From: Gracilinanus agilis
Taxonomy: Eukaryota
DNA: 63,959 nt
Reading direction: 5' to 3'
Assembly (NCBI RefSeq): GCF_016433145.1
Contig: NC_058131.1
Coordinates: 600,774,279 to 600,838,237 of the forward strand
The translations under genes were made by a program, and so were the position numbers. Below are positions 1 through 9,143 of the stretch, piece by piece; the stretch's first letter is position 1; each line of letters starts with the position of its first letter. The notes under the pieces were generated by a model. It searched no databases, was not told the origin of the DNA, and worked only from the letters and a program-made list of their open reading frames with translations.

Positions 1-240
1 GGCTGGGATGCCTGGATCCCCAGCTTATCTCTGGAGTGCAGAGCCTTAGGAATAAGTATAGCATGAGTCTGCCCCCATCTTTACAGAACTCACAGTGAAC
101 GATGTGATATTTAAATGAAAATCAAGGACCATATTGCAGGAAAAGAAATTACAAGGGGTGGAGGATCAGAGAGGCAATAGATAGTCCTACCTACTTTCTC
201 TCAATGAGGATATATAGGTAGATATTATTTCTGGGTAGAT

Positions 241-288
241 TACATATATATATATATGTATATATATGTATGTATGTATATATATGTA
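241..288. repeat. (TA)n/(TATG)n microsatellite
   Basis: tacatatatatatatatgtatatatatgtatgtatgtatatatatgta. Confidence 0.95.
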
Positions 289-479
289 TAAACCTCAGGC
301 CTTTAATGAGCCCCCTTGTTCCTCCCCAATAGCTGCCTGAGATGCCAGTCGCCATGTTTCTCTCCCCTCTCAAGGTCCCCGACCCCTCAAAACATGGGAC
401 ATCCTGTGAACCTTAAAGATCAGCATTGCCTGCGGTCTCCTCTTTTCTCTCCTTGAGCTGATTTCAGCCTGTCCAGGAC

Positions 480-760
480 CATGGGGGTGGGAGGGGGTCT
501 GGTTGTGCGAGTTGCCCACTCTAGTTGGGTACTTGCTAGGTGTCTTTTGTGTAGTGTTACACCCTCCGCACCTACGCACTGCGGCAGTCTTCCCTAGTAA
601 TAGGTGCTCGGTGCGTGCCCTCCCCCTCTTTCCCGTTCACTTCCCCCCTCCCCAAGAAATGGTATGACCCATGTTGATTACCTGTGTCCCGGCCAGGAAG
701 GGAGTCTGCCTTTCAGTCTCTTCAGCAGCCCAAGCAAAAGGGCAAGGCTGGCTCTCCCGA
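480..760. promoter_or_regulatory. Probable promoter/5' region of the RERG-like gene (possibly shared with a divergent gene off the left edge)
   Basis: Locally raised CpG content directly upstream of ATG 760. No specific motif is claimed. Confidence 0.35.
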
Positions 761-3700
761 TGGTCCTCCGGTTCCCCTTGCGCAGAAGTGCCAGCTTTAC
801 CCTGGAGTGTAGGACCTTGTTTGAGACACCTGACCCCAGCATCCTTACCATGGAAGCCAACGTGTTGGTGATGGGAGCAGAAAATGTCGGGAAGTCAGGT
901 GAGAACCTCCATCCTACACAAGCTTGTCTTGAAAGGAAGGAGTATTGGGGGCAGAACCTGGGAAGCGGAAGGCTGACGGAGTGCCATTTGGTATCGGATG
1001 AGAGGAACCTGTTGACAGATTGACTATCTGCCTGACGCCCCTGGCTGCCAAGTGTTACACAGCACCCATCTGGACCATTTACGCCTTGGTTACTGCCACT
1101 ATGCCTGGTCCAGAGTTCAGTTAGCACTCAATGGGTGCCCTTCTGTGAGAAAGACCTTGGAACACAAGCAGCTCTCTCAGGGCTTAGGGTCCTAGGCGAT
1201 ATGGATGATATATTGTCCCCCAAATGGCTTCTCTCTCTGACCTTCTGTTTCTCTCTCCCTTTCAGCCCTGACTGTTCGCTTCCTGACCAGACGATTCATT
1301 GGAGAATATGGGGACCTGGGTGAGTCCTGGCCTGGCTGTTGCTGGGCAGATGTTGCTGATTGTTTCCTCCATGTGCAGGGCAGAAAACGTGGCCTGCTTA
1401 ACAGAATGGGATGTGTTGGTTAATTGGATGAGGAAGTGACAGAAGTGATAATTGGCACAGCCTCCGGTGTCCAGCCCTAATTATGACCCTCCTGGGGACC
1501 AAACTGCTAATGAGACTGATAATGTTCTCCTCATGCTCAGAATCCTCTCGTCTCCTTTCCTCTATGAGCTCAGGAAACCCCCTCCAAGTCCTGCCTTTCC
1601 TCTAGAAGCCTCCATCTCTCCTTGAGCTCCCTGCTTTTCTCTAACCCTGGTTCTGTCTCTTTCTTCATAGTTAGGATTCTCTAATTTATTTTTCTTGACT
1701 AGCAGCTGCTGTCTTGTCCAGCCACCACAGCTCCATACAGTGCTCAACACGTCCATAAACATATGAACCTTCTCTTATTTGATGTCAGAATGTCCAGTCC
1801 TACCTGGCTGTCCTGCTCCCTGGTGAACCTTCTTTACTGCCTCTATCCTGGTCATAACAACCAAATCTAGCTCTTAGTTTGAGCCATTCCTTTGAGACAC
1901 TTATCCTACCTGTCTGGAGAATCCATCTATGTTTGGAAGATCTACTCTTCCCCAGTAGGTTAGTGACCAATCCCAGGCCAATGTCATAAAGGTTCCTTTG
2001 ACATGGGCAGGGACGGGGAGATATAGAGAGGGAAAAAGGAAAGAGGCATGAGCAGAAGGTGATAAGATTGGTCATCAAAATTGATATCTTCCGATGACTA
2101 TTATCTCCCTTAGTCATCTTCTGGAGAGAGAATTTACAGGCTCGTTGCACCAGTACAGCTACTAAACATTTCCGGGGTCTCCAGAACAAATTTAGGAGCC
2201 ATGGATATCTCCTTACTTTATAGACATGCCTTGATTTGGCTTGGAAGATTGATTACCACCTTATTCACCAGATTTGGCTCCAAATGATCTTTGGTTGTTT
2301 CCAAAAATCAAGTCTACTCTCAAAGAACAAAGATTCCTCACCATTGATGTTACAAGATTATTTTTGCAGCTCTGAAGAAAATACTATGCTAGATGAGTTT
2401 AAATGCCTGCTCTATGTTAGACATTCTACTGACCAGTAGGGGTAAAAAGATAAAGAAATAAGTAGCTCCTATTCAGAGAGTTTGTATTTTAGGGAGAAAA
2501 TAAAAATGCTGTGTTGAAGAAAAACCCTTGTCCTCTGAACTTTCAATATCCAAATCTTGTGCTCCCTCCATGCTTACTTCCTTGCTATCACGGGAGACCT
2601 GGAGATGACTTGGAATCAGTGTGGTAAAGATGAGAAGGTAATAGAAAAGGAAAAGGGGCTTGGTGGAAAGGACTGAAAAATAGGGTGTCTTTTGTTCTCT
2701 GGCGCAGAATCAATCTACAGCCGAAGCTTGGACGTGGAGGGCAGGAAAATTCTCTTCCACATCTGGGACTTCCCCAGTTCCCATGTGAGTATACCCTCAC
2801 AAGCAGGGATTAGCAATTCCTTAGTGGAATGAGAGACGAATGGAGGTTTCATCTTGAGCCCTTGGGGACAAGAGAGCAAGGGCACCAGACAAGCCTTCTC
2901 TTAAGCCTGGAGTTCTTGACTAGTACACTGGACTCAAGAAGATCTGAGTTCAAATCTTATTTCTGACACTTGCTAGTTGAGTAACCCTGGGCAAATCACT
3001 TAACCTCTTTAAGGATGTCTCCCCTTCTCTAAAGGGGGGCTATAACAGTTTTTTGTAGTGCTTATCTTACAAGGTAGTCGTGTGGTCTAAATGAGAAAAC
3101 ATATGTTAAGTGTTTTAGAAACCTTACAACACTAAAAACGTTAGCTATTATTCCATGATACCCCCTTGCCCCAGCTGGCAGTTGGGGACCTATGTGGCAT
3201 CTTTCCTGTTCCTCTTGCTCCCCATTCATGCCTCGTGAAGAGCGAGCCACGCAGCCATGACACACTCATCAGAGCAGGTTTTCTCCCCAGAGATTCTAGC
3301 AGCTCCTGATTCTGGGTCCACATGGTGCAATGGTTCTACTAGTTCTGTGACCTTGGGCAAGACAATCATCTTCTCTGCCTTCAGCTTTTCTACCTGTAAA
3401 TGAGGAGATTGCATTAGATGACCTAATATTCTCAGATTAGATGGCATTTAAGGTTCTTCTCTAAAATTCTGCCCATTAAACATTTATTTTTTACATATCT
3501 GGCCTCAGACACTTCCTACCTGTGTGGCCCTGGGCAAGTCACAATCCTGTTTGCCTAGCTCTTGCCTTTCTGTCTTAGAGTTGTTACCAAGACCAAGAAA
3601 GTAAGAGGTTTTTTTTCAAGTTTTTATTATGTGCCAGGTTCGAAGAATATAAAGGAAAGCAGAAACATGGTCCATGACTTCAAAGGGCTCATGTTATAAT

Positions 3701-4551
3701 GGGGAGATAACATGCCAAGAACTATGTATGTCATGTAACTGTATACAGGATAAATAAGTTATAAATGGGAGGCGATTGCAAATGAAAGCCCTTAGCAGTG
3801 GAATGGGATAAGGAGAGAGGGGCACTGGAGGGGGACTCTTCTAGAAGATTCTATCTTCCTTTCATATTTAACCTGAGCCTTTGGGAATAAGATATTTTAG
3901 GAAAGGGGAGGGAGTGAGATGATATTTTAAAGTCTGATAGACCAGGTTTCCTGAATTACCAGGAAAGAAGTTAAAAATGCCTATCTGCCCTTGACCAGTA
4001 CCTTAGAAAAAAGAAGGAACTGTAGCATCTAAATCTTCCCTAGATCCACAGATTCACCTTCCACTTTTCAGTGGTTCTTTACCCTCTTAGTATCCAATCT
4101 CAACTTCTTTTCCTCCTCTTCTCAGGGTCAGGATGACCAGCACTCCACAGAAGAGAAGAGGATCCAATGGGCAGATGGTTTCATCTTGGTCTACAGCATC
4201 TGCGATAGGGCCAGTTTCCACATCCTTCCCACGAAAGTGCAGTTCATTAAGGTGGCCAAGGAAGGCCAGAGCCCTGAGAAAGTGCCCATTGTCATTGTGG
4301 GCAACAAGAGGGACCTGGGACACCACCGGGCAGTTTCCATTGAGGAGGGGCGGCTTCTGGCTCTGACCCTGAATTGTGACTTCTATGAGGTGTCGGTAGC
4401 TGAGGCGTCTCATGGAGCCCTTATGGTGTTCCAGGGGCTAGCCCAGCACTTTTGGCAGGCTCGACTGCCACCCCGAAGAGGCATTGGGATCCGAGGTATT
4501 GTTAAGAGTATGTCGGCAGTATTTGCTCGAAAGAGAACAGATTCCTTCTAA
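760..4551 (+). CDS. RERG/RERGL-family Ras-like small GTPase, 4 coding exons: join(760..898,1266..1319,2708..2784,4126..4551); 231 aa (201 aa if ATG 850 is used)
   Basis: All introns are GT-AG with matching phases (1,1,0) and the ORF is uninterrupted. Translation: MVLRFPLRRSASF...MEANVLVMGAENVGKS|ALTVRFLTRRFIGEYGDL|ESIYSRSLDVEGRKILFHIWDFPSSH|GQDDQHSTEEKRIQWADGFILVYSI...IVGNKRD...EVSVAE...KSMSAVFARKRTDSF*. The P-loop GxxxxGKS, ALTVRFLTxRFIGEY, WADGF and NKRD motifs, the lack of CAAX and the exon layout all fit the RERG/RERGL/RASL branch. Confidence 0.9.
2256..2348 (+). mobile_element. Mariner (MARNA-like) transposase remnant
   Basis: Translates PPYSPDLAPNDLWLFPKIKSTLKEQRFLTID; YSPDLAP is the mariner transposase signature. 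Confidence 0.85.
2915..3135 (+). mobile_element. MIR-type CORE-SINE remnant
   Basis: gagttcaaatc...ctgggcaaatcacttaacctct core and MIR-like tail. Confidence 0.7.
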
Positions 4552-6587
4552 GTCATTCACCTAGCATCAGTTTCTTTCCTAGTAAATTATGTTAGTCAGT
4601 CAGCCATATATTTATTGAGCACTTAATATGTATAGAACACTGTCTAGACTGGGATAGATTAGGAGGACAGAAATAGAGCATCATTCCCTGTCCTCCATGA
4701 GCTTTTTAATCCATGTGCCCCAATGCCCATCCCACCACCTAACTCCTTTCTCTAGGGAGTTTACATTTTCCCAGATCAGTATGTCGTCATTCCAATCAGG
4801 ATAATCTTGGCATGTAATCAACGCTATTACAAAACCCATGGGCCACCCTCTCTAGGTATGGCCTATTTCCCTAAACTTTAGCAAAATGTGGCATTTCAGT
4901 GGCTCAGAGGTTCTCCATATTCTGAGGGTATCTTTTGTGGTGTGGCACCACCTCTGGTCTAAGGTATCCAATACAACTGCCCCCAAAGTCAAGGGCAATA
5001 TGGCATAATGGAATTAGAAGTGAATTTGGAGAAAGATCAACTGGCTTTAAATCCTGGGTATGTTTCTCTGACCTTAGGGAAGCCCTCTTCCCAGGCTTAC
5101 TTTCCACTTTTCTCAGATGAAGGGATAGAACCTGATAATCACTAACATCCCATCCAGCTCTAATATTTAATAGTCCTAATATTAGGTCCTTATATGTAAG
5201 CAGAAGGTTTTTAAGCCCCAGAGGATGGATCTTTCTGAAGTTATGTTTTGTGACTATAGAATAAAATTTCTAGGATGGCAACCTTTGCATTCTCCATAAT
5301 GACTTGGGGAGAAAGGGGACAACTTATGGTCAGAGTTCATAGGTGTCTGGTATAGCAGGATCCCCGGAAAGTTTTTCTCCAAAAGCTTTTGGTGACCAGA
5401 TTTACACACACACACATCTAGCATCTTGCTTTATTTCCTGTTTCCAAACTATGCGAGTCCCCTTCTGTTCTCCCCTGATGCCCATCTTTTTGCTTCTCTG
5501 TTGCTAAACTCAGTTGGCACTTTTACTGGGAATTCCAAGAGTGCTGTTCAGGCCTGGCAGGATACCATCTTTATTATCCCTGCTTTTGCTCCAGAATCTG
5601 GTCCTACTGGTAGGAACCAATGAGAACTTCAAGGGCCCAAACCCTGGCCTTTAGGTAGCTAGGCACTGTCTGCAGCAGCCCACTCTCCACTCTGGAATTC
5701 TATAATTAAGAGCCAACCCCAGCAAAACTTAAATCATTGTTCTTCCCATTCTTTTGGTAATCTTTCAGCCTTTTTATTCCTATTCCTGTTCAATGATTCT
5801 GTGTTGTCTGTAACCTGGCATTCTACAGATTCTTACAATCAAGTCCCCACCAAAATCAGACTCCATTTGGATCCTAACTGTCTCTTCTCCAGCTTTTGCC
5901 TCCATCCCATTAAAAAAAAAAAAAAAAAAAAAAGAACAATGTGGTATGTCAGCCCCATAGGGCCTTATTAAGTGACTTGCTAATCTCATTAACTCTTTCA
6001 AATTGATTGTGCCTCTGCTAGAGTAACTGATGCTTTCTAAAGGGAGATAGTGAAGAAATTAATTTCTTTTGATGAGAACTTCAGAAAATTGAAGGGAGGT
6101 TGTTCAGCAGGCCTGTCAAACTACATTACTTGCATAAAAATAACCAATTCCAAATAGCCTCATAACTGACAATCGTCTTAAGGTTCCCCAACCATCTGGC
6201 TAACCTAAACCAGAGGAATATTAATGCTCCCTGGACCCCATTCTCCTATACACTGAATCAGCAGAGGCTTCTCTAAATCCTCAACTGAGACAGGCAAAGT
6301 CCTCTGGTTCTATGCTTCTGGGCTTGTCTTACTCAGCAAGAGGGTAAGATTACAGAAGAGTAATTCATCTAGAGCCTATGATAATAATAAGAAGTGTTTT
6401 CATGGGCTTTTTCAAATTAGGTGGCTCAGTAAGATGAGGAAACCAAGCTTCACAGCACCAGGCTTGCCTGACCCTGATAGTAATGCAGGTAAGATCCTCC
6501 AGGATATCAGGAAAAAGTGACAGGGGAAACCTACAGCCAAGTCGACAGGCATATTTATTGTACAGAAGCTTATTGTATGGGTAGTTA

Positions 6588-6827
6588 GGGGGCCCAGTGG
6601 AAAGAGGGCAGGGCCTGAAATCAGGAAGACTCATTTTCCAGAATTCAAATGTCACCTCTGACACTTTCTAGCTGTGTGACCCTGGGCAAGTCACTTAATC
6701 CCATTTGTCTCAGTTTCCTCTTCTATAAAATGAACTGGAGAAGGAAATGGCAAACTCTAGTATCTTTGTCAAGGAAACCCCAATGGGGTCATGAAGAATT
6801 AGACACGACTCAAAATGACTGAACAAG
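6588..6827 (+). mobile_element. Mar1 marsupial CORE-SINE
   Basis: CORE plus RTE-derived tail (ggagaaggaaatggcaaac...gactgaacaa). Confidence 0.8.
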
Positions 6828-8199
6828 TTTATTATATTGTGTTTTATTGTATAGCTACAATAGTTGAGGCATAGGAGCAGTTATATTTAGGGAGATTCTG
6901 CTACCCTGGACAGTCCGTGGCATTGACTCCCAGCAGGGTGGGACAGGAAATACACAGTAAAAAGAGGCTTAGAGAGCCTGAAGATTTCCCACAGAGAAAG
7001 CACAGTAAGTACAGTGTGGCTTGGAGGTGAAAGAGTAATTTTAAGGAGTTCCCTGGTGTAGAAATAGTTAGGGATGGTCTAGTTTACTAGGGTTAGTTGA
7101 AAGAAGGGACTTTTGAGATAAGCCCTGGGAAAGGATTCTGGGTAAGAAAGGAATTGTGAGTCTACAACTGAAAATAACTGAATTTCACTTTCTTGAATTT
7201 TGACCAAGCTGCAGGGAGGTTTTGTCTCTCTGCCTACAATTCCCATCAAGCTGAAGTTCAGTTATTTTCATTGTAGACTCACAATTCTAACTGGCCTCAA
7301 GGAAGCCCAGGTGTCCTCAATTTCAGGTCTTCTTGTCCTTCCCTTCTCTCAAGTTCCTCATTTTCTCTCCCTTTCTGTTGTCCTTTGCCCAGGCTACCGT
7401 CTCTGTGTTTGGATTACTCTACACTCTTCCTTCCTTAGTGAATCTCCGCCTTTCTTAAGATCAGACTCAAAGATCCCCCTAATTGTGTCTGACCATCCTT
7501 GTCCCTGTCTCTGATTTTCACAGTCCAGACACGTAATACAGTCTCCCTGTCTCTACACACTGAATAAAAGTTGTCAAATGATAGGCCAGATCAGTGGGCA
7601 GAAACTGGGCATCTCTGAGACTTGGAAGCACCAGCAATCGTGAATGAAGGCCCACAAAGTGACCCCACCCAGGTTCTCCTCCCAGGGAACTGATTCGATG
7701 TGCAGGAATACTTCTGAAACTAAAATTCTGCTTTCTCCTCCCAGGGAATTCTCTTGAGTGGCATCAGGGTAGAACTTTTGCATTTAGCAAAGTATGTATA
7801 TACATATGAGTAAGAGGCATCTGTGAGGGTCACCGTAAGGGGAGCCTGAAGAAGCTTAGGAAGAAGGTGCTATGGGTATTGGCTCAAATTCTATTGATGT
7901 AACTAAGGTAATAAAAAATGATTTTGAGATTCATTGTAGTTGTGCATAATAGAAGTACCAGGGTGGAAAGAAACCCAGAGTGGTCCTCTCTTTTATCACC
8001 CTGCCCCTAGGATAAGCCCAAATCAAAAGGCAAATGGAAAACCTGAGAAGGAAGGTGTCATTTTAATAGATAAAGTAAGTCTATAAACAGTCTCTAACCC
8101 ATAGCAATGGAGAAAGTTACTATCTAGATGAGCCTAGCAAGTCATGAGACCTATTTTTAAAAAGCACCTGTAGCTTACATTTTGCACACCCAAATGAGT

Positions 8200-8415
8200 A
8201 TAGTGTCCCTTAAAGAAGCCCCTCGGAAAGCCCAGACATTTATTCTAACACATGCTGCCATTGCTCAGTACTCTGGGAACAATTCTTTGGGAATTCTCAG
8301 CTTGCCATGTGTCCTTTTGAATCACCTGAATGGTGACAAACTTTTCTTCTTTGGAAGATGGATTTGATTTTTGGAAACAGCCAAAGGTCATTTGGAGCCA
8401 TGTTTGGCAGGTGAT
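8200..8415 (-). mobile_element. Second mariner (MARNA-like) remnant, inverted relative to 2256-2348
   Basis: gatttgatttttggaaacagccaaaggtcatttggagcca aligns to the reverse complement of the 2256 copy. Confidence 0.75.
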
Positions 8416-9143
8416 TCATCTGAGAAATTTAGCTGGGGGTCCAAAGCAGAGGGAGGTGGCTTTGGAGTGAAAGGACCTGGATCTGCATCCTGACTCCCTG
8501 CGTGAGCCTGGCAGGAAGGACTCACCCTCCTGAGTGAGGAGACCAACCTGAAGAGGCGAAGCCTCATCTGGCCGCTGATGTTGGGTCCTATTAGGGAGAC
8601 AAGAGGTGAAAGCTGGCCTTCTCGTGGGGCTACAAGGAGGCCCCGGAGGCTTATGCCAAGGAAAAGTTCTAGATGTGTTAGGGCAAGGGCTGCGCCACTG
8701 AAGGACTGCATGGCTCCCAGGAGGCCTACCCTGACGGGCACGACTCCAACTTAAATGAAGGAGGCAGCTCTCAAAGTCGGCTCTGACTCAGTTCTCCTGA
8801 GAGCAACCCGGGGTGATAAGTTAGTGGGGCTCACTCATCCCTGGTTGCAGTGACCCCAACCCCCAGCAGCCCTCAGTTTTGCCCTCAGGATGGCCCGAAG
8901 GCTCGCGGCACCTTCCTGGCAAGCGGGCAGGGATGGGGCACTCAAGGGCTCCGGAGTCTAGTGAGTGTGTAGGCAGGAGGCCGCTGCAGAGGACCGAGTT
9001 CGGTCAGGATCTCGGCTTTGCTCTTCTCTGTGGGGGCCGCAGGAGGAAGCTGGGAGTGGCGGCGGTGGCAGGGGCGCGCGCCAACCCGTGGGCCCAACAG
9101 AGGGCACCGAGGCAGGGCTGGCCCGCAGGGACCTCGAGCCCCA

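Noticed and set aside
191-373. Minus-strand 60-aa ORF, or a possible exon of a neighbouring gene such as KIF7
   Set aside because: It runs through a TA microsatellite and has no similarity to the kinesin N-terminus I remember; it cannot be supported.
604-1023. 139-aa ORF as a single-exon gene
   Set aside because: Only 760/850-898 is exon 1 of the GTPase; the rest is upstream sequence and intron read-through past the GTGAG donor.
5912-5933. A22 run as a processed pseudogene or retrocopy tail
   Set aside because: No upstream mRNA-like or SINE body and no TSD were recognisable.
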